Below, piece by piece: positions 38,591 to 49,498 of a stretch of 64,000 bases of DNA (the first letter of the stretch is position 1; each line of letters begins with the position of its first letter). Position numbers and translations under genes: made by a program. The notes beneath the pieces are model-generated. The model was not told the DNA's origin. It made no database searches and worked only from the letters and a program-made list of their open reading frames with translations. The stretch is from NCBI GenBank assembly GCA_038087875.1, contig CM075989.1:1426001-1490000 (forward strand). Reading direction: 5' to 3'. This stretch comes from Malacoraja senta. Lineage: Eukaryota.

Positions 38591-38896
38591 ATCTCCTCCA
38601 ACCTCATCTATTGCATCCGCTGCTCTAGATGTCAGCTGATCTACATCGGTGAGACCAAGCGGAGGCTTGGCGATCGTTTCGCCGAACACCTCCGGTCGGT
38701 CCGCAATAACCAACCTGACCTCCCGGTGGCTCAGCACTTCAACTCCCCCTCCCATTCCGTATCTGACCTCTCTGTCCTGGGTCTCCTCCATGGCCACTGC
38801 GAGCAACACCGGAAATTGGAGGAAATGCACCTCATATTCCGCTTGGGCAGTCTACATCCTGGGGGCATGAACATTGAATTCTCCCAATTCTGCTAG
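38591..38896 (+). pseudogene. Penelope GIY-YIG endonuclease domain
   Basis: NLIYCIRCSRCQLIYIGETKRRLGDRFAEH...HF...E...GMN. Confidence 0.92.
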
Positions 38897-39012
38897 CCCT
38901 TGCTGTTCCCTCCCCTTCATCAGCCATCTGGTTGTCTCCTCCCATCCCCCAGCCCTCGGGCTCCTCCGTCTTTTTTTCCTTTTTTCCTTTCTTCTCCCCA
39001 CCCCCTATCAGT

Positions 39013-39040
39013 CTGAAGAAGGGTTTCAGCCCGAAACGTT
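39013..39040 (+). ncRNA. Minimal hammerhead-ribozyme-like core in the Penelope terminal repeat
   Basis: CTGAAGA-AGGG-TTTCAG-CCC-GAAAC-GTT. Confidence 0.55.
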
Positions 39041-39156
39041 GCCTATTTCCTTAGCTCCATAGATGCTGCTGCACCCGCTGAGTTTCTCCAGCATTTTTGT
39101 ATACCTTCGATTTTCCAGCATCTGCAGTTCCTTCTTTAACATTAAGTAACGTCGGC

Positions 39157-39960
39157 TATAGTTTGAAGAAGGCAGAGCTATTAAAACCCAGCAATGTTGC
39201 TCTTCTCGCATATGGTGGAAGCGAGGTCAATACGGTTGGGATTGTGAAGCTGCAGTGCCACCGAGGGGATCAACCATACAGGTTGAGATTCTATGTCATC
39301 GACCGCAATGTTATTCCACCTTTAGGCTATGATGCATGCAAAGATATGCGACTGGTTACCTTCAGCAAGGCCATGCATCAACTAACACCAGTTCTGGATT
39401 CTACACAGCATATTCTCATGGATCACCATGATCTTTTCACTGAAGAACTGGGCAAGTTACCAATAACTTACTCTATGTCTTTAGACCTGGAGGTGCGACC
39501 TGTGGTTTGTCCTGCTCAGCGTGTGCCTATTGCCATTACAGACCCGGTCAATGCCAAATGGACAGGATGGTGGCATTGGGAGCTATCACGTCTGTTTCAG
39601 AACCCACGGACTGGGTGTCGTAGATGGTGGCTGCTACAAAGAAGAATCAACAGGAGATTTGTATATGTATTAATCCGAGGGATGGGAACATCCCACTCCT
39701 GGTACCATGTGCAAAGTACTATTGATACGGAGTCATTATATATCACAACAATTACTTTAATTAGAATACATACAGAGACCATCAAAATGAGTACCATAGG
39801 CACAGAGTCATAAGTTGAACTAACTAACATGGCTACCCGCATGCCACTAGGTGGGAGTGTGGAAACCTCACATGGATTATGGATCAGGTCAGCAGCAAAA
39901 CCAGACACAGATCAAATCAGCAATACTGTTTGATCTACATAGACTGGTGCCAGTTGTTCG
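39157..39960 (+). mobile_element. Gypsy-type LTR retrotransposon pol remnant (protease C-terminus, RT N-terminus)
   Basis: LLAYGG..VGIVKL, FYVID..PPLGYDAC, DLF..ELGKLP, PVVCPAQRVP, then EPTDWVS after a frameshift. Confidence 0.78.
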
Positions 39961-40037
39961 GCACAGAGCTTGAGGGAAAAAATGAGATTGATACCACAAA
40001 GACTATTATAACAATAAACGCAGGCTAGATCTAGTCA

Positions 40038-40268
40038 GTGCCGATCACTAACACTATCCTGCACACACTAGGGACAATTTACAATGTTACCAAGCCAATT
40101 AACCTACAAACCTTCGGAGTGTGGGAGGAAACTGGAGATCCTGGAGAAAACCCACACAGTCATGGGGAGAACGTACAAACTCCTTACAGACAGCACCTGT
40201 TGTCAGGATCAGACCTGGTTCTATAGGTTTCTGGCGCTGTTAGGAAGCAACTCTACCGCTGCACCACC
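40038..40268 (-). mobile_element. tRNA-derived SINE, partial
   Basis: Family match. Confidence 0.78.
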
Positions 40269-40427
40269 GGTTAGCTTATCTGAAATATTGTATTGCAATT
40301 TCTATTACATAACAGTACTGCATGTATTCATAAGCAGGGTAGTCCTAGTCCTATGTTCAGCTCACTTTCCTTTATGAGCCCCGTGCATTAGTGCCCAGGA
40401 AGTTATCAACCTCAGCTTTGAATATGT

Positions 40428-41293
40428 AAAAGTCAAAGTCAACTTTATTGTCAATTCAAATAATGCAACAAGTAGTTACACAGAGGATTGAAATTGCGTT
40501 TCCCCATACTCCAATGTGCAAGTAATATTTATAACACAGACAGACAATATACCAATAAAGATAGACAATGGACATATACATTATATAAAATATTCACAGT
40601 GTGCCAGAGTGTAGTAAAATTTTGAGGTATGTTATTAAGGTGCAATAATAAAAGGTGCAATATAGAAAAGTGCAAATAGCATACTGCAGACATTGGGTTA
40701 AAGTTAATTTGACAGTCAGTTGGTCCTTGTTTGTGTAATGTTCATGGAATTTTCTTGAGTGTGTTGAGAAGTCTGATGGCCTGAGGGAAAAAGCTGTTTT
40801 TGAATCTTGTAGTTTTGCTCCGCATGCTGCGGTAGCGCTTGCCGGATGGTAGGAGGGTGAACAGTTTGTGTGCTGGGTGGGTGGTGTCTTTGATGATATT
40901 GGTTGCTCTCTTGCGACAGCGAGATGGGTATAAGTCCTGGATTGCTGGTTGGGGTGATCTAGTGATCTTCTCCGCTGTCCTCACCACTCTCTGTAGGGCC
41001 TTCTGGGCAGCAGCAGAGCAACTGCCATACCAGACTGAGAAACTGCTGGTAAGAATGCTCTCAATGGCACCCCTGTAAAAAGTGGTGAGGGCAGAAGGGG
41101 GGAGGTCGGCTCTCCTCATCCGTCGAAGGAAGTGGAGGCGTTGCTGTGCTTTCTTGACTAGGGAGATGGTGTTGGTGGACCATGTCTGATCATCTGTGAT
41201 GTGTACTCCCAGGAACTTGGTGCTTTTCACAGACTCCACTGCACTGCCATTTATGGTGAGTGGGGTGTGTGCTGTCTGTTTCTTCCTGAAGTA
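40428..41293 (-). mobile_element. Rex1-type LINE 3' fragment
   Basis: KFLGVHIT, KKAQQRLHFLRR, LLPSGKRYRS, NSFFPQAIRLLN; AATAAA plus GACTTT tail. Confidence 0.88.
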
Positions 41294-43728
41294 TGGATGA
41301 TGAATGAGTAGAGAATTCCAAATATCCACATTATTCCTCATTTCAGTCCCACATGGAACATTCCTTATCTTGCTCCCAAATTCTTGACTCACCAGTTGGA
41401 GGTCGCAGCCACCATCTCAACTGTAATTGGTCCGCAGATATCATGTGTAGGAAGGAACTACAGATGCTGGTTTAAACCGAAGATAGACACAAAAAGCTGG
41501 AGTAACTCAGCGGGACCGGCAGCATCTCTGGAGAGAAGGGATTGGTGACGTTTCAGGTCTTGATCCGAAATGTCACCCAAATTCTCATGTGTTTCCATTA
41601 GATTGCTTTGAGTAACAGGTCAATTCTATTCATTCTCCTTTATTACTGGAATCAATCTTGTGAAGGTACATTGACCTGACTAAAAACAAGTGTCAATTTC
41701 CAAATGTACAGAGAGTAAATTTGGGCATGGTGCTCCAGTGAATGACTCATTACTCTTGTGTCCAACTCCCATTTCTCTTTCCAAATGTGCATTTTATGGA
41801 CCAAGGAATCAAGATCCCACAATCCACAAACATTTCCATGATTCAGCGATTCAATGAAACATTATTCTCAAATGTACCTGGGTACAGTGAAATGCTTAGT
41901 TTTGCATACAACCCGATTAAATCATACAGCACTTCACATTTCTCTGCATTAAATTCCATCAAGCATTCCTCAGGTCACCTGCCCAAATGATCAAGATCCT
42001 GACTTGTTCCGTATACCCAGCACTCTCTGAGTAAAAAGCGTGCCCTTCAGGTTACTAGTTTTTGCTCACCTTAACCTATGTCCTCTGATTCTCTTCTCCT
42101 ATCCCGTATAAAATACTCTATGCATGCACGCTACCTATTCCCCTTATGATTTTATGCACCTCAATAGGAGTGCCACTCAGTCTCCTGTGCTCCAAGGAAT
42201 AACGTCCCAGCCTGCCAAAACATTCTCTAATTCTCTCATGATTTTGTACACCTCAATAAGGTCATCCCCCATCCTTCTGCTCTCCAAGGACTAGTCCCAG
42301 CCTGCACAACCTCTCCCTACATCTCGGTCCCTTGAGTTCTGACAATATCCTTGTGAATCCTCCCTGCTCCCTTCCCGATGAATTACCATTTTTCGAAAAT
42401 CTGATGACCAAAATTGAATGCATTACTCCAAGTGCGGCTTCACCACTTATCAGGGGGCCCTGCTAAGCACTTATCTTAGGACATTTACCAGGTGTAGGAG
42501 GCTTTCCAGTGAGGCTGTGATGGATCATTCTGTGCTGAGCATTGCGTGGGATTTTCCTGTTAATACTGAATGAACACTATTGCAATAGAAATTGCAGTAC
42601 AATATTTCAAACTGGAACTACCGTATCTAACAACCCAACTTTTATACTCAGTTAATATAGAACCAAAAAGCTGAAGCAACTCAACAGGTAAGGCAGCATC
42701 TCTGGAGAAAAATAACAAGTGATGTTTTGGGTCGAGACCCTTCTTCAGTCTGAGAGTAAGGGGAAAGGGAAATGAGAGATATAAAAGGTAAATAGAACAA
42801 ATGCATGAAAGATATGCAAAAAGCAATGCTGATCAAGGGAGCCCACAATGGTCCATTGTTGGCTGTGGGGCAGGTGATAACGAGTTATATAGACAGTAAA
42901 ACTCAACAGGACGACAGTGACACTAGTCCAATGACTAGAGTTGGGGTTCCCTGACTGAAGAAAGCCAGCATGCCAAAAACTCTTCACCACCCTATCTACC
43001 CGTGGCACCACTTTCAGGGAACTATATGTCTGAATTCCTAGATCCACAACACTCCACAGGGCCCTGCCATTCAGTGTGAAGGTCCTGCCCTGGTTTGACT
43101 TCTAAAAATGCAACATCTCATATTTATCTGCTTTAAACTCCGTCTACCATTCCTTGGCTCACTTGCTCAACGGATCAAGATCCCGCTGTGAATCTTGATA
43201 ACCACCTTCACTGTCTACGCTAGTATCATCTACAAACTTACTAATCATGCCCTGTATAATCCCATCCAAATCATTGATATCGATGACAAGAGCAACAGGC
43301 CAAGCATCTGAGGTACACGAGCCACAGGATTCGTTCAGCAGAAGGTTAGGAGAGAGTGTGCGCCACCCGGTGGTCAAGCCACTTACTGATCGAACCTTCG
43401 TCACCAGAACTGGAACGATCACATGACAGGGAGATGACAGCTGCAGATGACAAGCTCAGCTGGAGCCCACGAGTCAACAGACGTATGGTGCTCCTCTCAA
43501 CAGCAACAAACACCAAACTGTTCTCCTCACTAAGCCCGCGTGTGTTCAACCACTGTTTCATTAATAAAACCCGTTTGATTCCAGACGCTTGGTTTACTAC
43601 AAGAGTTTAGCTTAGTTTAGAGATACAGTGCGGATACAGGCCCCTTTGGCCCACTGACCAGCGCTCCACGTAAACTAGCACTATCCTGCACACACTTGGG
43701 ACAATTAGTAAGCCGACAAACCTGTATG

Positions 43729-44180
43729 GTCTTTATTCTTTGGAGCGCAGAAGGTTAAGAGGGGACTTGATAGAGATCTTTAAAATTATGAGCGGGTTAG
43801 ACAGTGTGGACGTGGATAAGCTTTTCCCATTGAGAGTAGGGAAGATTCAAACAAGGGGACATGACTTGAGAATTAAGGGACAGAAGTTTAGGGGTAACAT
43901 TAGGTGGAACTTCTTTACTCAGAGAGTGGTAGCTGTGTGGAATGAACTTCCAGTGGAAGTGGTGGAGGCAGGTTCGATTTTATCCTTTAAAAATAGATTG
44001 GATGGGTATATGGACGGGAAAGGAATGGAGGGTTATGGTCTGAGTGCAGGAAGATGGGACTAGAGGGAAGTAATTTAAACAAATATATATATATATATAT
44101 AAAAAAGTGTTCGGCACAGACTTGAAGGGCCGAGATGGCCTGTTTCCATGCTGTAATGGTTATATGGTTATATGGTTATA
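43729..44180 (+). mobile_element. CR1 LINE 3' fragment nested in a SINE (43605-43728 and 44185-44322)
   Basis: ERRRLRGDLIE...; (ATATGGTT)n tail. Confidence 0.88.
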
Positions 44181-44972
44181 TGTCCTAGGAGTGTGGGAGG
44201 AAACCGGAGCACCCGGAGAAACCCACAAGGTCAAGGGGAGAACGTACAAACTCCATACAGACAGCACCCATGGTCAGGTTCTCTGGCGCTGTGATGCAGG
44301 AACTCTACCGCTGCACCGCCATTGCCAGGTTTTAACGTGGATGAATTAATGACAATGTGCATTGGTCTTCAATCAGGGGAAGATTCAGATGCTGACAAGT
44401 GTTTGCAAAGGACAAAGGGTCACTGACTTGGGACTGCCAGTATGTAGTTTGTACAGAACTGTTAACAGCTGCACTATTTATACCATGAGGCAGGACTCAA
44501 AACCACTGAGTATAAACTCCCTGTTACAATCCTGTGTAACTGCCGCATAGTTGGTTTGGAACAAACTGCACAATTTTGGATGTCTTCTGCTTTAAATGGA
44601 CATTGATTGAGGAGCAATAGTTGAGAGGAGGCCCCGAGAGGTACTGGGCTTTGTAAGTGTGGACATTACCAGGTGTACGAGGTTTCCAGTGAAGATGTCA
44701 TGGGTCAGTGGGTGCAGAGTGTTATAGACAATAGACAATAGACAATGGATAATAGGTGCGGGAGTAGACCATTCAGCCCTTTGAGCCAGCACCGCCATTC
44801 AATGTGATCATGGCTGATCATCCACAATTTGAATTTTTATTTGTTTTTATTTAAACAGGGACAGTGCATATTAATGAACATTTACATGTAAATATGCAAG
44901 ATTATAGCCAATAGCTAATTTGCATCTTTAGTCCCTTTGGCAGCAAAAAGAAACAATTATACAAGACACACA

Positions 44973-45597
44973 ACATAGAAACATAGAAACATAGAAAATA
45001 GGTGCAGGAGGAGGCCATTCGGCCCTTCGAGCCAGCACCGCCATTCATTGTGATCATTGTGATCGTCCTCCATCAATAACCTGTGCCTGCCTTCTCCCCA
45101 TATCCCCCGACTCCACTAGCCCCCAGAGCTCTATCTAACTCTCTCTTAAATCCATCCAGTGACTTGCCCTCTGTGGCAGGGAATTCCATAAATTCACAAC
45201 TCTCTGTGTGAAAAAGTATTAAAGGACCTCCCCTTTATTCTAAGACTGTGGCCCCTGGTTCTGGACTCACCCAACATTGGGAACATTTTTCCTGCATCTA
45301 GCTTGTCCAGTCCTTTTATAATTTTATATGTTTCTATAAGATCTCCCCTCATCCTTCTAAACTCCAGTGAATACAAGCCTAGTCTTTTCAATCTTTCCTC
45401 ATATGACAGTCCCGCCATCCCAGGGATCAATCCCGTGAACCTACGCTGCACTGCCTCAATCACAAGGATGTCCTTCCTCAAATTAGGAGACCAAAACTGT
45501 AATACTCCAGATGTGGTCTCACCAGAGCCCTATACAACTGCAGAAGAACCTCTTTACTCCTATACTGAAATCCTCCTGTTATGAAGGCCAACATTCC
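44973..45597 (-). mobile_element. CR1/HER1 LINE 3' fragment, cut by DIRS copy C
   Basis: (ACATAGAA)n tail; RT C-terminal frames; ends at CCAACATTCC|ATT. Confidence 0.9.
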
Positions 45598-45759
45598 ATT
45601 TTACTTCAGAGTCACGTGAGTAACTACGTGAAGAAGGCCGTCAGCCCGCATGCGCGTCATTACGTCTACCGCATTGCGCAACGACTGACTGGCAGGCGCG
45701 CTGCTCCTTCCAGCGGTAAGTTTAAACCTGCAGGTAAGTTTTAAAACCTATTTCTAGGT

Positions 45760-45953
45760 TGTGGTGCGTAGGTCCCGAAATGAAAGCGAGGAGCCAGGTA
45801 TTTCGGGAGGCACCTTTATTTATGTCCTTCCAGGTTGTAGGGAAGTCCACGAGAGAAAGATGGCACCCAAACCCTTGCCTTTAAACCCTCTGGACCATTC
45901 CTGTGCTGAGGGGTTTGACAGTTAGGATGGCCCGACCCTTGGGAGCCACCACA
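45760..45953 (-). repeat. 3' LTR (194 bp)
   Basis: Preceded on the minus strand by a poly-G PPT (about 45957-45967); lacks 22 bp present in the other LTR. Confidence 0.93.
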
Positions 45954-46009
45954 TGACCCCCCCCCCCAGAACCCGGGGCACGAAACGCACCGGTGGGCGC
46001 ACGACCCGG

Positions 46010-46730
46010 CCGGACCGCATGCGTAAGTCAGCCGACCGGGGGGCTGGTGGAGGCACAGGTGGAGGGACAGGTTGAAGGACAGGTCGAGGGACCGGTGGGA
46101 GGACAGGTGGAGTGACAGGCGGAGGGAGCAGTGAAGGGGGGCGCCCCCGAGGCCGAGGTTGGGCAACACATCTGGTCAATGTCCAGATGTGCCGGCTTCA
46201 ACCGGTCAATCGACACGGCCTCCGGCCGGCCCCCCATGTCCAGCACAAAGGTCGTCTGCCCGGAACGGGCCCTCGTACGGCCTCTGGAGTGGTGTCCGGT
46301 GGGCATCACGGCGCGGGAATGCGGCCAAGATCCGAGCGAAGCGGGAATCCACGGATGACAGGGGGTGTCCCACCGGCTCATCCAATCGCAACGTGATCGG
46401 CTCCATCGTAGCGGCGTTGACCAAGTGCTGACGCTTGACGTCCACCAGGAGGGAATGCGCCCGGAGGAAGTCGGCCCCGAGCAACGGCTGGGAGACATCG
46501 GCAATGGTGAACCGCAATGAGAAATGGCAGGAGCCGAACACGATCGGGACCATGCGAGCCCCATACGTGCGGATGGGGCTGCCATTCGCCACGGTGAGGA
46601 TGGGCCCCCGCTTACCGGAACGAATGTCGGCCAGTGTAGGGGGCAGGACGCTCAGCTCTGCCCCGGAATCGACGAGGAAGCGGGTCCCAGAGCGCCGATC
46701 CCAGGCGAAGAGGAGGTGAATCTGGCCGGC
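46010..46730 (-). pseudogene. Gypsy protease fused by deletion to the integrase C-terminus
   Basis: FLVDSGAELSVLP and LLGADFL, then directly PLQRPYEGPF and VSIDRLKPAH; no RT, RNase H or integrase core. Confidence 0.85.
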
Positions 46731-46741
46731 CGCCGCGGTGA

Positions 46742-47637
46742 CTATTGGCAGCCGGCCCAGGCATTTCCCGGGAATGTGCACGGCTGGCGGTATTGCCGTG
46801 CTGCAACACCCCAGCGCTGGTGGTAGTAGCACCAGCGCCTCCTGCTGGTGGCACTTGGAGCTTGCTGGCACTGGACTGCAGGTGCAGTACCAAACACGGC
46901 CGCGGGGGGGGGGGGGGGCGATCTTACAGGCCTCCGGGATGCAGCTGTCACTCCTTCCACAACTCCCCCGCCCCACCGGAGGAAATCGGGAGCAGCCGGG
47001 GTGTAGTCATCAGTGCGCCAGCCGACGGCCAGCGCGTTGACGTCATCAGGGCGCGCCGTCCACAGTGCGTCCCCGTGTCTGCCGATGGCCAGCGCGTTGA
47101 CGTCATCAGGGCGCGCCATCCACAGCGCGTCGGCACGCCTCCCGAGGGCCCTGATGTCGGTGAAGGGGGCGTCCGTGAGCTGCAGACGGATGTAGGCTGG
47201 CAGCAGATGGAGGTATGTATACTCAAACAGCTGGCAAGGCGTGTGCCCGTACAGGAGAGCAACCATCTCCTTTAGGATGCTTGATGGCCGTCGGTCGCCT
47301 AGGCCCTCCATATGAAGGAGCCTGGCAGCACGCTCCATCCTGCTGAGTCCATAAATCTGGAGCAGGAGCTCCTTAAGGCCGAGGTATTTATCGGTGGCCG
47401 GGGGGGCTGCGAGGAAGTCCGTGACTTCTTCAACCGTGTCCTGGTCGAGGGCCCCACCAGCTAATAGAAACGGGTGGCATCGACTGTGATGCCCCGCAGG
47501 TTGAATTGGGCCTCTGCCTGCTGAAACCAGATGTGCGGCCGGGTGATCCTGAAGGTGGGCATTTTAACAGAGACCGCGTCCAGAGACAGGGCCGGGTCGG
47601 CCTGTGAGGTGGTAGGACGGGTGGTTTTCTCCATCAT
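46742..47637 (-). pseudogene. Gypsy gag with a CHCC-type zinc motif, disrupted
   Basis: VSVKMPTF..WFQQAEAQF, LGDRRPS, C-YY-H-x9-Y-RQP-C; stop at 47461-47463; 60-bp internal duplication near 47021-47130. Confidence 0.85.
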
Positions 47638-47650
47638 GATGACAATGGAG

Positions 47651-47664
47651 CGTCGGGGTCACCA
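47651..47664 (-). promoter_or_regulatory. Primer-binding site complementary to tRNA-Trp
   Basis: TGGTGACCCCGACG one base after the 5' LTR; matches the classical tRNA-Trp PBS. Confidence 0.88.
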
Positions 47665-47665
47665 A

Positions 47666-47881
47666 TGTGGTGCGCAGGTCCCAAAATGAAAGCGAGGAGC
47701 CAGGTATTTCGGGAGGCACCTTTATTTATGTCCTTCCAGGTTGTAGGGAAGTCCACGAGAGGAAGATGGCACCCAAACCCTTGCCTTTAAACCCTCTGGT
47801 TAAGGGCTGCCTCTGGACGGAACCATTCCCGTGCTGAGGGGTTTGACAGTTAGGATGGCCCGACCCTTGGGAGCCGCCACA
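47666..47881 (-). repeat. 5' LTR (216 bp)
   Basis: Direct repeat of 45760-45953 with 5 substitutions and one 22-bp indel. Confidence 0.93.
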
Positions 47882-48044
47882 AGGTTCTGTTTTTTGTCTT
47901 GCAGGAAGCTCTGTTACATAGTTTTCCTGCTGGATTCGGGGCGAAGTCGGACGGGCCGCAGGGAAACCGGTTATGGACCATGGGGAATCCCGGTCCGGAC
48001 CGCGGAAGCGCAGGTAGCCGGCGGCCGGCGGGTTCGCAACCTAA

Positions 48045-48212
48045 GTCGCTGACAATGGGGTCAGCGGCTCCCGGACCGCTATGGTTCCCCAAAACGGGGG
48101 TAAAAGCCAAGGATAAGTTGGTCTCACCACCCGAGTCGCTGACAGTGCGGTCAGCGGCTCCTAGACCGCTATCGTGCCCCAGAAAGGGGGGTCAAACCAG
48201 GAGTAAGTCGGA
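48045..48212 (+). repeat. Two diverged copies with a 90-bp period in ORF1 of DIRS copy C
   Basis: GTCGCTGACA..GGTCAGCGGCTCC..GACCGCTAT at 48045 and 48135. Confidence 0.75.
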
Positions 48213-49246
48213 CAGGCCTAGGGACTCGGGCAAGTCCGGCCAGGAGGGTTCCCCTCCTTCAATGGGTGCATCTGCGGACGTCTAAACCCTCATGGAGCAC
48301 CTGATGGAGAGGTTGCTCCACAAGGATATACTCCAAAGGAGGGAGTTATCAGCGTGGGTCTCCTCGGGGGCCCGCGGCAGTGGTTCCTGTTTCAGGGCTG
48401 CACAATGTCTCCATCTCTGAGGAGGGGAGCATTCGGAGTCAGTTTCAGTCAGAGCAAAAATCCTGATATAGGTCCGTAGGAGGGGCCATGTCTGCGCAGG
48501 TATCCTCAGGGCTGTTTTCAGGGCTGCCTACGAATCTCCCTCTCTGTGGAGGGGAGTGCGAGGAAATACTCGCAAGCAAAGGGGTTACTGCCGGAAAAAT
48601 TTGTTCCAGCCGTTGGCAGAAAACCCGGAAGGGACCAGAGTTCCCCTCACGCTACAAGTGACGGCAGTGAACAACGCAATCAGGGGTGACATTGGAGGGG
48701 GCATGAAATCCAGGAAATGAAACCAGCCGCCGAATCTTCTTTTCAGCTAAGACTGCTCCAACAGATAAGACCTGGATGAGGAAGCAAAAGCTGTCGGACT
48801 GATCAAGGTACCGACGACGAGCAAAGCTTCATCGTATCGGCGACGACACACCTCACGCCTCATCGGCAGTAAGCGGTTCACTGAAGCTGGTGGCAGCTTG
48901 AAAGCTGGGCAGAGGTCTTTCAGGCCAAGGTCCAAGCCGGTCTCAGGAAATATGGAATCCACATACACTACCAGTCCTACTCTCCAATCAAGGACGGGAA
49001 TAGAACCCACATCAGGGGCCTTTGGGCTTACCATAAGACCACCGGTAACCATGGAGGTAGTTGGGTCTAGTTCTTCCGAAACATGGGGTATGTGGACCAT
49101 TTACAAGTTGGTAATATTTACACTTGTTTTTGTACAAATGACAATGACAACATGAGATTCAGATCCGTTTATAAACTAAAATGATAACATGTGTTTGGTT
49201 TATTATTGCACAGTATACAAAGGTACCAAGCATGGCTTGGAATTGG

Positions 49247-49498
49247 GGCCAGAGTTGTCTTTCGAGGCAGGCTCAGTATTACGGCCAGGATTGCCTTCCG
49301 CGACAAACTCGGAAATATGGCCAGAGTTGTCTTTCGAGGCAGGCTCAGAATTATGGCTGGAGTAGTCTTTCAAGGCAGGCCCAGTATTATGACCAGAGTT
49401 GTCTTTCGAGGCAGGCTCAGTATTATGGCCAGGATTACCTTTCGAGACAGGCTCGGGAATCTGGCCAGAGTTGTCATTCAAGGCAGGTACGGAATTAT
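49247..49498 (+). repeat. Minisatellite, 7 x 36 bp, inside DIRS copy C just ahead of the RT core
   Basis: Units start at 49247, 49283, 49319, 49355, 49391, 49427 and 49463; consensus GGCCAGAGTTGTCTTTCGAGGCAGGCTCAGTATTAT. Confidence 0.95.

Larger units (their letters stand above)
35106..39142 (+). mobile_element. Penelope-like retroelement with an inverted 5' arm, interrupted by a CR1
   Basis: 14-bp TSD TAAGTAACGTCGGC at 35092-35105 and 39143-39156; 35107-35588 is an inverted copy of about 38622-39102; VPLVLTFHP linker and a GIY-YIG domain. Confidence 0.92.
45760..47881 (-). mobile_element. Gypsy LTR retrotransposon (CsRn1-like), internally deleted, nested in DIRS copy C
   Basis: Two LTRs TGTGG...CCACA; AGGT TSD at 45756-45759 and 47882-47885; tRNA-Trp PBS; G-run PPT; gag, protease and integrase tail only. 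Confidence 0.93.

Noticed and set aside
43310..43601. Solo LTR (AATAAA then TTACTACA end)
   Set aside because: No clear matching 5' terminus or TSD and no second copy in the window.
45816..48285. Many overlapping GC-rich ORFs as novel genes
   Set aside because: They are alternative frames of the GC-rich Gypsy internal region and DIRS ORF1.
49247..49498. CRISPR array (conserved 36-mers alternating with variable 36-mers)
   Set aside because: The apparent spacers are diverged copies of the same unit, there are no cas genes, and the context is a vertebrate retrotransposon.
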